This document shows, in pieces, positions 1-11,670 of a DNA stretch of 64,000 nucleotides. The position numbers were made by a program, and so were the translations under genes. The notes under the pieces are model-generated. The model worked only from the letters and a program-made list of their open reading frames with translations. It was not told where the DNA came from and did not search any database. The stretch's first letter is position 1, and the number at the start of each line of letters is the position of its first letter. Origin of the DNA: Cetorhinus maximus (lineage: Eukaryota); NCBI RefSeq assembly GCF_964194155.1, contig NC_135901.1, positions 20,088,001-20,152,000 of the forward strand. Direction: 5' to 3'.

Positions 1-575
1 TTGGACAGGTTGTTAGTAAGACCACATCTAGAGCACTATGTACAGTTTTGGTCTCCATATTCAAGAAAGGGTATAAATGCATTAGAAGCAGTTCAGAAAA
101 GGTTCACTCGAATGATCCCTGGGATTGGGGGTTATCTTACGAGGAAAGGTTGGACAGGCTCGTCCAGTATACATAGGAGTTTAGAAGAATGAGAAGTGAT
201 CTTATTGAAACATATAAGATCCTGAAGGGCCTTGACAGGATGGATGCTGAAATGATGTTTCCCCTTGTGGGGGAGACGAGAAATAGGGGACACAGCTTAA
301 AACTAACAGGCCTCCTATTTGAGGCAGAGATGAGAATTTGTTTTCTCTCAAAGGGTCGTGAATCTTTGGAATTTGTTTCCCCAGAGAGTGGTGGAGACTG
401 GATCTATCAATATTTTTAAGGCAAAAGTTATATACACTCTTGACTAACAAGGGGGTGTAAGATTTCAGGGGAAGGCAGAATGTGAACTGGAGGTTACAGT
501 CAGATCAGCCATGATCTTATTGAATGGTGGAGCAGGCTCGAAGGGCCGAATGGCCTAGTCCTGCTCCTAATTCCC
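1..575 (+). mobile_element. CR1-clade LINE, 3' end (RT C-terminus and 3' UTR)
   Basis: Translates to LVRPHLEHYVQFWSP...LEAVQKRFTRMIPG and RSDLIETYKILKGLD, the typical CR1 ORF2 C-terminus; ends with a GGGCCGAATGGCCTA..CCTGCTCC 3' UTR. Confidence 0.9.
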
Positions 576-1060
576 GTTTACCGAACAATCCCCGCCCACT
601 CCCTCTTCCCTCACCAAGATGGTCGCCCATGTGCCTCGCTCCCTGAACAAGCCCCGCCTTCCTCTCTCAAGATGGCGGCCTGTTGCCTAAATAACCCGGC
701 CCGTCACCGGTGAGGAAGCTCCGCCTTCCCTGATCCGCCCTGGCTCGCAATATGGCGGCCAGTAAGCCCGCTACACGGCCTTGTAAACGTGGGGCCATTG
801 GCCTGTTATTCAGGGCCTAGGGCCTACCCCAGAAGTTGATCCAGTTCCCAGTCCAACCATGTTTTCCATTCCTACCCTGTGCTCACAATCTCCTCCCGCC
901 TCCCGAACCGTCCGCTCCTCCTCACTCTGTCACCATGACTGACACTGAGCATGCTCAGAGCGCAAACCCACACTGCACCTGCGCACTGGACTCCTATAGT
1001 CATTGATAGGGAACTTTCTGCAGGGCGGCGTGTTGTGGGTAAACAAAGCGCCATTAACAG
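575..1060 (-). promoter_or_regulatory. CpG-island promoter P1 of the ZNF-cluster type (gene probably lies left of the window)
   Basis: CpG-rich; YY1 motif CAAGATGGCGGC at 668-679; 940-1060 aligns by eye to 10385-10500. Confidence 0.6.
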
Positions 1061-1433
1061 CTTGAACCGCTGATTGAAAATCAATGTCTCGGTATCCCAA
1101 GCGAGATCGGGGCCAAAGGCGCAATACAACGTAAGCGCCCATAATATGTAGAAAATCGAAAGCCTGGACCTTCCATACCTGATACGAAGTCTGTGCAATG
1201 CACCCCACCTCCCTCACCAATATCAGATTGGAAAAGGGTCAAAAAAGGTGATCAGCAAGGACCAGTTCTCGTAGCACTGCTATTTGGACCTGAGAACAAC
1301 TAATTCAATGTCAAAATTTTCAGCTGATACCAAACTAGGGGCGTATATCTAAAACTGAGGAAAAATGTAACATACACATTACAAAACTTCTAGCCTGGGC
1401 AGTGAAGTGGCAAGTGAACATTAACATAGATAA

Positions 1434-3170
1434 AAGCAAAAAACTGCGGATGCTGGAAATCCAAAACAAAAACAAAAATACCTGGAAAAACTCAGCAGGT
1501 CTGGTAGCATCTGCGAAGAGGAGCACAGTTAACGTTTCGAGTCCTAATGACCCTTCAACAGAACTAAGTAAAAATAGAAGAGAGGTGAAATATAAGCTGG
1601 TTTAAGGTGGGGGCGGGGGTGGGACAAGTAGAGCTCGATAGAGGGCCAGTGATAGATAACCAAAAGATGTCACAGACAAAAGGACAAAGAGGTGTTGAAG
1701 ATGGTGATATTATCTAAGGAATGTGCTAATTAAGGGTAGAAAGCAGGACAAGCAAGGTACAGATAGCCCTAATAGGGGTGAGGTGGGGTGAAGGAATCAA
1801 AAAAGGCTAAAAGGTAGAGATAAAACAATGGATGGAAATACATTTAAAAATAATGGAAGTAGGTGGGAAAAGAAAAATCTATATAAGTTATTGGAAAAAG
1901 GGGGGGAACCGGAAAGGGGGTGGGGATGGAGGAGAGAGTTCATGATCTAAAATTGTTGAACTCAATATTCAGTCTGGAAGGCTGTAAAGTGCCTAGTTGG
2001 AAGATGAGGTGCTGTTCCTCCAGTTTGCATTGAGCTTCACTGGAACAATGCAGCAAGCCAAGGACGGACATGTGGGCATGGGAGCAGGGTGGAGTGTTGA
2101 AATGGCAAGCGACAGGGAGATCTGGGTAATGCTTGCGAACAGACCGAAGATGTTCTGCAAAGCGGTCACCCAGTCTGCGTTTGGTCTCTCCAATGTAGAG
2201 GAAACCGCATTGGGAGCAACGAATGCAGTAGACTAAATTGAGGGATGTGCAAGTGAAATACTGCTTCACTTGAAAGGAGTGTTTGGGCCCTTGGACGGTG
2301 AGGAGAGGGGAAGTAAAGGGGCAGGTGTTGCACCTTCTGTGGTTGCATGGGAAGGTGCCATGGGAGGGGGTTGTCTACTGCATTCTACTGCATTCGTTGC
2401 TCCCAATGTGGTTTCCTCTACATTGGAGAGACCAAGCGCAGACTGGGTGACCGCTTTGCAGAACACCTTCGGTCTGTCCGCAAGCATGACCCAGACCTCC
2501 CTGTCGCTTGACATTTCAACACTCCACTCTGCTCTCATGCCCACATGTCTGTCCTTAGCCTGCTGCATTGTTCCAGTGAAGCTCAACGCAAACTGGAGGA
2601 ACAGCACCTCGTCTTCCAACTAGGCACTTTACAGCCTTCCGGACTGAATATTGAGTTCAACAATTTTAGATCATAAACTCTCTCCTCCATCCCCACCGCC
2701 TTTCCGATTCACCCCCCCCCCCCCCACCTTTTTTTCCAATAATTTATATAGATTTTTCTTTTCCCATTTACTTCCATTATTTTTAAATGTATTTCCATCC
2801 ATTGTTTTATCCCTACCTTTTAGCCTTTTTTGATTCCTTCACCCCATCCCACCCCCACTAGGACTATCTGTACCTTGCTTGTCCTGCTTTCTACCCTTAA
2901 TTAGCACATTCCTTAGATAATATCACCACCTTCAACACCTCTTTGTCCATTTGTCTGTGACATCTTTTGGTTATCTCCACCTATCACTAGCCCTCTGTCC
3001 AGCTCTACTTGTCCCAACCCCCGCCCCTCCTTTAAACCAGCTTATATTTCACCTCTCTTCTATTTTTACTTAGTTCTGTTGAAGGGTCATTCGGACGCGA
3101 AACATTAACTGTGTTCCTCTCCGCAGATGCTGCCAGACCTGCTGAGTTTTTCCAGGCATTTTTGTTTTTG
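1434..3170. mobile_element. Penelope-like element (Neptune-type GIY-YIG), inverted two-arm structure
   Basis: ORF 1940-2269(-) NLVYCIRCSQCGFLYIGETKRRLGDRFAEH is a GIY-YIG endonuclease preceded by a C-x4-C-x2-C linker; inverted copy at ~2373-3170; 14-bp TSD ATTAACATAGATAA at 1420-1433 and 3171-3184. Confidence 0.9.
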
Positions 3171-3890
3171 ATTAACATAGATAAGTTGTAATGATGCACT
3201 TTGATGTGAAAAATACAAACATCACCTGCACCTGAGAAAATAAGAAAGTTACTGGTGCAGAAAGGCAAAGCAATCTCTGGATAGAAGTGAACAATTAATT
3301 AAAACCATCACTGCAAGTCAGCACATCAATTAAAAATGCTCATAAAGGAAGGGCATTTATTTCTAGAGGTACAGAATTCAGAAATAGTGAAATTATGTTC
3401 AATTCGTGTAAGATCCTGCGCACAGCTCTGGTTTCTGTTCTATAGAAAGGACAAAGAAGCACAGGTGAAAATGCAGACAGATATGCAAGGATAAATCTCA
3501 TAACTAAGATTTTGCAGTTTTTTGAAAGATTGAACAGGTTTGAGCTTTTATCTTTCGAAAAAAGAAGACTTTGAGGTGTTAGAGATCTTTTAAATTATTA
3601 ACTTGTGGGAGAATAAAATACTAGGGCCATATGTACAAGATGGTAACTAATAAATCCAACAGGCAAATAAGGATAAACGTCTTTACTCAGAGAATGGTTA
3701 GAATGTGAAATTCGCTACCACAGGAGGTGGTTGAGGTGAAATAGCTTAGATGTTTTCAAAAGGAAAGATGGTTACATGAGAGAAAAGAGAATAGAACGAT
3801 AAGCTGAAAGACTGAGATGAGGAAGATGGAATGGAAGGAGATTCATGTTGAAGATAACCACCCAAGCTAGTTGAAATAAATGGTCTGTTC
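3171..3890 (+). mobile_element. Old degenerate CR1 LINE 3' part (continues from ~1290-1433, split by the Penelope insertion)
   Basis: KWQVNINIDK..MHF RT-like motif reads across the insertion site; decayed CR1 3' motifs follow. Confidence 0.65.
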
Positions 3891-4977
3891 CTGGACCCAA
3901 TATTCCCTGTCCTCTCTGCCCAGCTTCTGATCAGCATGTTGCACATCCACCACTTGCACTGCATGTGCTGAGAGTACAATCCGGTGCTGAGGAATCACAT
4001 TGGGCTCCTGTAGTCATTGATGAGGCACATTCTCTCACATGGAAAATTATGGGTTGTAACAGCGTCATTGAAAACCCAATTGGTGAACAGTAATTTTCTC
4101 CAACACATTGAGATGGGACCGAATGGCTTGTAATCCAATGAGGCAGAATTGGATCAATTCTCTGGTCTATACAGTGTGGCCCAGGAGGTGGATTAATAGT
4201 CAGGCCCATGAAACCTCCCCCCACCATAAACTTTGTTACCCTCATTACCAGCTCCATCCCCCTCCCTGGCCACAGTCTGAGGCTGAACCAGGCCAATTGC
4301 AACCTTGGTTTCCTATTTGACCCTGAGGTGAGGGCTGAGCTACGGATGACATATCCTCTCCAACACTAAGATCACCTCCATCTATCCTTGTAATATCAGT
4401 TGTTTCCATCCTGCCTCAGCACATTTGCTGCTGAAATCCTCATCCATGACTTTGTTACATCCAGAATTGACAATTCCAATCTTCTCCTGATTGGTCCCCC
4501 ATCTTCCACCCTGCATAAACTTACCCTCCTTCAAAACTCTTCTGTGTGGTCAGCAGTTTAGTAGGAATAGGGTCAATCGAGGAGAAGGTGGATCCCATGG
4601 ACAAGAGGAGCTCTTGAGGGGATAAGGGGAGACAGGAGAGAAATTAAAGAAAGATGTGAGTTTAGGGCTACAACTGGGCCGATCTTGAGGTGCAGTTTTT
4701 CCTGGTGGGCTAGTAGAGGGAGGGAAGAGGAAGTGGCAGCTGTTCAGATTGTCTCAATCTTAGAGACAAAGAAGCACCATGAGCTCCTCACACTTGTTGT
4801 TGGTGAGGAGGAAGAGACAGGGGAGAGGGAGAGACCTTAACAAGGCACTAATTTGTGAGAGAGATAAAAATGACTCATCATACTATCTGTTAAAGCTGAT
4901 TTATTTGACTTTCATCCAGAGTATTAACACATATAACTGGGATAGAGTTTATTAACATCAGCAGAAACAGATCCCAA

Positions 4978-5716
4978 AGCTATTTTTGTTTTGAGACAAG
5001 TGATGGAGAAATACCGGGAAGGCCATACAACATGGAGATTGTTTTAAATAAAAGAAAAATACTATGAATGCTGGGAAACTGAAATAAAACCAGAAAATGC
5101 TGAAAAATCTCAGCAGGTCTAGCAGCATCAATGGAAATAGAAAAACTGAGTTAACATTTCGAGTCCATACAGATTTCCTTCCCTGAAGGACATTAGTGAA
5201 CCAAAGACCCAGTCTATGGACTGTTGGTTTGAGCCTAAGGAAGACAATCAGAGTGAAGGTGTAAAGATGATGGGTGAAGACTTGGACAACATGAGTAGCT
5301 TCAAATACCTGGGGTAACTTGGACAATATCAAGAAGAGAGGACAACGACTGGATACTAATGAGATACAGATGCTGAGATGGATGTGTGGAGTGACAAGAA
5401 AGGACAGGATTAGATACCAGGGGGTCAGTGAAGATTGTGGAAACATCAAAGAAAGTAGCTGAGAAGAGATTGAAATGGTCTGGTCGTTTGTTGTGGAGAG
5501 AGAGAGGAAATGAGGTGAGTGATGGACATGGGACTGTCAGGAAGAAGGAGAAGACGAAGGTCTACGACCAGATGGAAAAATGTGCTGGTCAGAGACAGAA
5601 ATGCAGTGGGATTGGAAGAGGAATGTGTGAGCGACAGGAGGAGATAGAGAAGGTGATCAAGCAGCATTGTGGTGACCCCAAGTAAAATGGGAGGAAGAGG
5701 AAGAAGAAGAAGAAAA
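4978..5716 (+). mobile_element. Composite insertion in the ZNF 3' UTR: RTE-clade LINE 3' fragment plus Penelope and SINE pieces
   Basis: FKYLG, EIQMLRWMCGVTRKDRIR and EKRLKWSG RTE-like motifs; (GAA)n tail at 5696-5716; flanking 13-bp repeat AAACA(G/T)ATCCCAA at 4965-4977 and 5717-5729. Confidence 0.7.
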
Positions 5717-5781
5717 AAACATATCCCAATGAACATGGTTCATTCCTGGATGTGGTTAACAGCAAAATCAAATCATGGTAG

Positions 5782-6903
5782 TTACTCATGAATTCGCTGG
5801 TGTCTCAGCAGGTTGGACAAGTCAGTGAATCCCTTCCCACACTCGGAGCAGGTGAATGGCCTCTCCCCAGTGTGAATCCGCTGGTGCCTCAGCAGGTTGG
5901 CTGACTGAGAGAATCCCTTCCCACACTCAGGGCAGGTGAATGGCCTCTCCCCAGTGTGCGCGCGCTGGTGTTTCAGAAGGGTGGATAAATCAGAGAATCC
6001 CTTCCCGCACTCAGAGCAGGTGAATGGTCTCTCCCCAGTGTGAATTCTTTGGTGTACAGTGAGGTTTGTTGATCGCCTGAACCCAGTCCCACAGTGAGAG
6101 CACTTGAACGGTCTCTCCTCAGTGTGAACACGTTGGTGGGATATCAATTGCCCGGAACTTTTATAGCACTTCCCACAATCTGGGCATTTAAAAGGTCTTT
6201 CATCAGTGTGAACTCGCTGGTGTATAAGCAAGTCAGATGACCGAGTGAATCCCTTCTCACACTCTGAGCAGGTGAATGGTCTCTCCCCAGTGTGAGTGAG
6301 CTTGTGTAAATGCAGGCTGCCGGATTGAGTGAATCCCTTCCCACACTCGGAGCAGGTGAACGGCCTCTCCCCAGTATGAACCTGCCGGTGAGCCAACAGG
6401 TTGGATAATTGAATGAATCCCTTCCCACATACAGAGCAGGTGAATGGTCTCTCTCCAGTGTGAACTCGCTGGTGTGTCATCAGGTGGGATGACCGAGTGA
6501 ATCCCTTCCCACACACAGAACAGGTGAATGGTCTCTCCCCAGTGTGATCACGCTGGTGTGTCAACAGGTGGGATGACTGGATGAATCCCTTCCCACACTC
6601 GGAGCAGGTGAATGGTCTCTCTCCAGTGTGAACTCGCCAATGATTCAGCAGGGTGGCTGACCGAGTGAATCCCTTCCCACACTCAGAGCAGGTGAATGGT
6701 CTCTCCCCTGTGTGAATTCGCTGGTGATTCTGCAGGGCGGATGAATGAGTGAATCTCTTCCCACAGTCCTCACATTTCCATGGTTTCTCCCTAGTGTGAC
6801 TGTGCTTGTGTCTCGACAGGCCAGATGATCGGCTGAAGCCTCGTCCACACACAGAACACATGTATGGTTTCTCTCCATTGTGGATGGTGCTTTTCCCTTC
6901 CAT
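5782..6903 (-). CDS. C2H2 zinc-finger protein, 13 tandem fingers, no effector domain (gene G1)
   Basis: Intact ORF from ATG 6903 (MEGKST...) to TAA 5782 with TGERP linkers; acceptor TTTCACAG ending at 7013; AATAAA at ~4900-4905 on the minus strand. Confidence 0.9.
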   Translation of the reverse strand: MEGKSTIHNGEKPYMCSVCGRGFSRSSGLSRHKHSHTREKPWKCEDCGKRFTHSSALQNHQRIHTGERPFTCSECGKGFTRSATLLNHWRVHTGERPFTCSECGKGFIQSSHLLTHQRDHTGERPFTCSVCGKGFTRSSHLMTHQRVHTGERPFTCSVCGKGFIQLSNLLAHRQVHTGERPFTCSECGKGFTQSGSLHLHKLTHTGERPFTCSECEKGFTRSSDLLIHQRVHTDERPFKCPDCGKCYKSSGQLISHQRVHTEERPFKCSHCGTGFRRSTNLTVHQRIHTGERPFTCSECGKGFSDLSTLLKHQRAHTGERPFTCPECGKGFSQSANLLRHQRIHTGERPFTCSECGKGFTDLSNLLRHQRIHE

Positions 6904-7208
6904 ATTCAAAATCCGATAATATTCACTTTAACATAAATTGGGCAACTCCATCAGATCCTGGTGTGATGTTTGGTTTCAGTTTCCCGAATGCAAATCCTCC
7001 CCTTCTAATACCCTGTGAAATTTAAAACAGAAAAAGAGTGACAGAGAACCCACAAAAACACAAAGACGGACTGTGAAATTGTGCTGAACAAATTTATGGG
7101 ATTTGCAATCGGGAAAAAGACCATGAAAGCTGAAGGGCTGTCATAAAAACCCAACTGGTTCATTAATGTCACCCAGTCTGGACCTAAAGGGGACTTTGGA
7201 CACTATAG

Positions 7209-7455
7209 GAGGAAAAAGAGAGAGAGCGCGAGAGAGAGAGCCAGCACGCGAGAGAGAGAGCGCGCGAGAGACAGAGAGAGCGCGAGCGAGAGAGAGAGCG
7301 CGAGTGAGAGAGAGAGAGCGCGAGCGAGTGCGAGAGCGAGGAATAGAGATATAGAAGGAGAGGTAGAGAGAGGGAGAAAGAGAAAGATAAAGAGAGGGGA
7401 AGAGAGAGAGAGAGAGGCAGCGGATGAAAAAGAGAGGCAGCGGATGAAAGAGAGT
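7209..7455. repeat. (GA)n / (GC)n mixed microsatellite
   Basis: Directly visible GAGAGA/GCGCGA array. Confidence 0.95.
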
Positions 7456-7596
7456 CCTTTTATAAATCTACAGTTTGGCCAAAAAGTGACAGAACCTCCC
7501 AAACTGTCAAGCTCAACCACCTGGAAGGACCAGGGTAGAAGGTGTATGTGAACATCATCGCCTGCAAGTTCCCCTTCAACTCAGACAACATCCTGA

Positions 7597-8230
7597 CTTG
7601 TCTAACATCCAATCCTGGGTGAACAGAAATTTCCTTCAACTAAATACTGGGAATATGATTGCCATTGTCTTCAGTCCCTGCTGCAAATTCCACTCCATAA
7701 CCACTGACTCCATCCCTCTCCCCAGAAACTGTATGAAGCTGAACCAGACTGTTCACAAGATCGCTGTCATCTTTTACCCCAAACTGAGCTTCTGACCACT
7801 GATCCGCATCATCACCAAGACCGCCTATTTCCACCTCAGTAACATTGCTCGGCTCTTTCCTAGTCTCAGCTCATCTGCTTCTGAAACTCTCCTCCATTCC
7901 TTTGTTACCTCTAGACTTACCCATCCGTATCTCTGTAATCTCCCCCAGTCACATAACCCTTTGAGATACCTGCGATGATCTAATTGCAGCATCATGAGCA
8001 TTCCACATTTTAATCACACCAGCAATGGTGGCTATTGCTTCAGTTGCCTAGGCCCAAGCTCTGGAATTTCCTCCTTTAATATCTCCACTTCTTTACCTCA
8101 TTGACTAAGCTTTTGGTCGCCTGCCCTAATATCATCTTATGTGACTCGGTGTCTAATGTTGCTTTGCAACATTTCAGTGAATGTCCTGGAAAGTTTTATT
8201 ATGTTAAAGACACAATATAAATGCAAATCA
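7597..8230 (+). mobile_element. L2-clade LINE 3' fragment
   Basis: LSNIQSWVNRNFLQLNTG motif (L2 RT WMxxNxLxLNxxK) and a CAATATAAATGCAA-type tail. Confidence 0.7.
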
Positions 8231-9240
8231 TTGTCATTGATTTGGACATATATCACCATTCCTTCATCACCACTGGGTGAATAACCTGTAACTCCTTATC
8301 TAACATCATTATGGGAGCACCTTCACCACATGGACTGCAGCAGTTCAAGAAGGTCAAACATTATCTTCCCCACAGGTAACTGGGGATTGACAATATCTGC
8401 TGCTGGTCTTGTTAGTGTCACCCAAATTCCACAAACTTTTAAAATATGTATATGTAAAATAGATTGAAGCATCTGAAGAAATGCTTGTTCCTAAATGTCC
8501 ATTTAGCAACCAGATCTCTCCTCGAATTTTCCTCCCTTGACAGTTTCACAACTAAAATTGTTGGTCCCAACTCACTTCCAAGGTCCTTGAGGTTAAACCC
8601 AGCAGCTTCTCCTTCATCTCCACTCCAGCTCAAACTGATGCAACAAAACAAAGGGAATTGGATAAGATCCTGGAGAGAAAAAAAAACTACTGGGCTATGA
8701 GGAAAGGGCAGGGGAGTGGGACTAACTGATCTGCTCTTGCAGAGAGCCAGCCAGATGGGCTAAATGGCCTCCTTCTGTATTGTAACCATTCAATGATTCT
8801 GTGAAAAAGGACCCATTCTGGGGGCCGGGAATCAACCTTTCCACCAACACCCAGCCCATTACCAATCAGTTCTTAATTGGTCTATCTGTGTTTCTAGACT
8901 CAGTTCTGAGGGAAACACTTGGAATAAAACAACAGCAAAATATTGCAGCTGCTGGAAAACTGAAATAAAAAGAGCAAATGCTGAAAGTACTCAGCAGGTC
9001 AGGCAGTAACTGCAGAAAGAACAGTAAAGTACCAAACATAGTTAAATTACAACCATTATTGCAGGCAGAGGAAGTTAGACCATGGCAGAAAGGTGATCAG
9101 GGAGGGCAGAGGTGAATCATAGCAATAGATGGACATGGATTCAGATCCACAGTAAAGGGGCCACACCAGCTCCAGAGTCATGGAGCCAGAGCACAGCACT
9201 AAAAGCTCTAAAGTGTAGATGAATGTTCAATAGTACTCAC

Positions 9241-9469
9241 CTCCGAAACAATTTCACTGTTTTCAAATTTAAAATCTCCTGCTGGAGCCTGCAGTTGGAA
9301 AGATATCAGAAGCACTGAATCAGGGAAAAATATCAGTTTTCAAATCTTTAGCTCCCTGTGAAAGGAGATTACAAGAGTCATAAGTGTCACTAGTGGTTAG
9401 AAATTCAGAATAAACAAACCTTTCTCTTGAGTTGAGCTTGCTGTGTGTAAATCCTCCCCTTCTAACCAC
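9241..9469 (-). other. Putative non-coding exon 2 of G1 (alternative acceptors giving exon starts at 9469 and 9355; donor GTGAGT at 9240)
   Basis: Splice sites conserved with the paralogous exon at 62509/62589-62707(+). Confidence 0.6.
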
Positions 9470-9569
9470 CTGTAAAAAGAGTTTCCAAAATTCATCACTG
9501 TTAGTCCAGGAAAGAAATTCACAACATTCCCTCCTTTTTCCAGTCCCAGAATACTTAAGGCTTATTATT

Positions 9570-9990
9570 TGCACAGGAGGCAGTTCAGTAAAGGTTCACT
9601 AGTCTGATTCTTGGGATGAGGGAGTTTGTCATTTGAAGCAAGGTTAGAGGTTGTACTCATTGGAGTTAATAAGAATGGGCAAGGATTTTATTGAAACATA
9701 TAAGATTCTGAGGGCTCTAGACAGATAGATGCTGAAAGGTGTTTCCCCTCATAGGGAGAATCTAGCACTAAGGGGCAGTGTTTAAAACTAAGAAGTCTCC
9801 CATTTAACACTGAGATGAGGAGAAATTTCTTCTCTCAGAAGGTCATTCGTCTGTGGAATCCAATGAGCTCAGTCTACAAGGGACTCAAGGATTATGAGGG
9901 CAGGAGGAACAATCAGATCAGCCATGAGTTTATTTCATCAGCGGAGCAGACTCGACGGGCCGAATGGCCTATTCCTGCTCCGAATTCTGG
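9570..9990 (+). mobile_element. CR1 LINE 3' fragment
   Basis: DFIETYKILRALD, MRRNFFSQKV and a CR1 3' UTR. Confidence 0.8.
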
Positions 9991-10004
9991 TGTCTTCCGT
10001 TCTT

Positions 10005-10500
10005 CGGATCGCCGCGCATGCGTCCTAAAGCACCTGGCTCCTGGAAAGATGGCGGCCGTTAACCCGGACCTGTCAATCTGCTGCTCACCGGGAACCTGGA
10101 GCCCCGCCCACACTCTGTTGCGTCACCAAGATTGTCGCGCACGCGCTCTGCTCAGCGCTGAACAAAGATGGTGGTCGTTAATCTGGGCCTGTTCCAGAGA
10201 AAAAGCCCCGGAATTACAAACGCCGGACCTGCAGGGTCTAATTCGGAGCTTGTGGCCTCCAGCGGTTGTTTATAAAATCTCCCCTCTCTCCACCCAGGAC
10301 TCCCGGCTCCGTTCCTCATTCCGCCCCGCCAGCTCTCACCCGCAGAAAAAAGCGTCCATTGCACTCACGGAGGTCTGATCAAAGTGACACTGCGCATGCC
10401 CGAGATCGAATCCAGCATTGTACCTGCGCACTGGGTTCCTGTACCGTTAATCGGGCACATTCACAGCCGTCGGGCATGTTGGGTAACAGTAGCGCCATTG
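10005..10500 (-). promoter_or_regulatory. CpG-island promoter / first exon P2 (likely drives G1)
   Basis: YY1 at 10045-10056; NRF1-like GCGCATGC at ~10014 and ~10392; Staf/ZNF143-like TTACCCAACATGCCCGACGG at 10467-10486(-); donor G|GTGAGA at ~10338. Confidence 0.7.
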
Positions 10501-10739
10501 ATTCTCCAAACACGGAATGGAAAATAATTTTGTTAAAAATTGGGATACGTTAACTTAAGAAATCACATACATGCTTTTGAACGGGTGCAATGCTATGTTC
10601 TATTTCTCAAAGTGATTCAAACCGTTGCTCTGCTGTGGAACTACGTAGAACTTATAAAGCTTTTCTTAATGGTTCCTCTCTCATTTATCTCCAGATACTG
10701 AATATTCTCTGCTTTACAGAATGATACAGCACAGATGGA

Positions 10740-11670
10740 AACCATTTGGCCCATCATGCCTGTGCTGGCTCTTTGCAAGATTTTAAAACTGATTTCAAAG
10801 CCCTGCTGGTGGAGTCAGAACAGTCTGCTGTCGTAATGCAAAAGGTGAATGGAGAAGATTTTCCAGTTGGACAGCTCTTAGACATACTCACCCTTGTGCA
10901 AAGATCGATTGCCCAGTGTACTAAGCAGATATGAAGAGTTCACTGGTTAATTAAGCACACAGAGTTACCTGGTAGAGTTTAATTCAATAATTCTACATAC
11001 CACACATATCACAGTGACATTTTTAATACAGAGTCAATTAAGGGAGTATCGCTGATGTAATAGAGTAGATGAATTAATATCCTGCAACCTCACAATTAAG
11101 AATTGGGTGGGATGTTGCAGTATGAAAGAACCTCACATACATGTCAGGTGAAAGAGGCCATGTATAATGAACCAGTAAAAGCCACATCATTGTTAGACTC
11201 CACTGTTCATCTGGATGGATCTTTGTTTTATAAACAAGGTCTGTGCCAGACTGGTTCTGTGTCTTTGATTCCTCATGACAGCTGTAATATCCTTATTAAA
11301 TAACCACCACAATATTCAGCCTAGAAAGCATCATCACAGCCCTTCAAACCATTCCTGAGAGAAGCACCACCATTCTGAAAGCTCTTATAGTTGTAATTCC
11401 CTCATGCAGAATCTTTTATCCTGGCAAAAAACATATGTCTTCTCGACAACAGAAAGGAAACCACTCAGTCACCACTACAAACTCTGAATGATCAGGGATG
11501 TTGCTGGTAAGTGTCCAGGACAAATTGCTGTTTGTAAGGTGAAGGTACGTCAGCAGCAGGAGTTAGTGAAGAGGGTGATGGTAATAACCAGGCAGACTGG
11601 CTCACCAGGAAAGCTGCCCCAGAGGGGATTCCATGGGATCCCCCAAATCACAATCATTGGCACCTGCACC
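10740..11670 (+). mobile_element. Degenerate LTR-retroelement/ERV pol remnant (RNase H region)
   Basis: VHLDGS and KVKV(R/H)...GNNQADWLTRKAA RNase H motifs; inverted paralog at 60500-61620 continues into integrase. Confidence 0.6.

Noticed and set aside
6144-6878. Alternative-frame ORFs overlapping ZNF arrays (also at G3, G4, G5, G8)
   Set aside because: By-products of the 84-bp finger periodicity; mostly non-ATG starts.
7166-7520. RE-rich and LS-rich ORFs
   Set aside because: Translations of a (GA)n microsatellite.
9241-9469. KRAB-like coding exon upstream of the fingers
   Set aside because: No KRAB-A motif, length not frame-conserved between paralogs (115 vs 119 nt), and the downstream leader has in-frame stops.
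9815-10378. 187-aa ORF (and similar ORFs at 14801-15307, 33269-33766, 40466-40801)
   Set aside because: Chance ORFs across GC-rich promoters or CR1 junctions with no recognisable domain.
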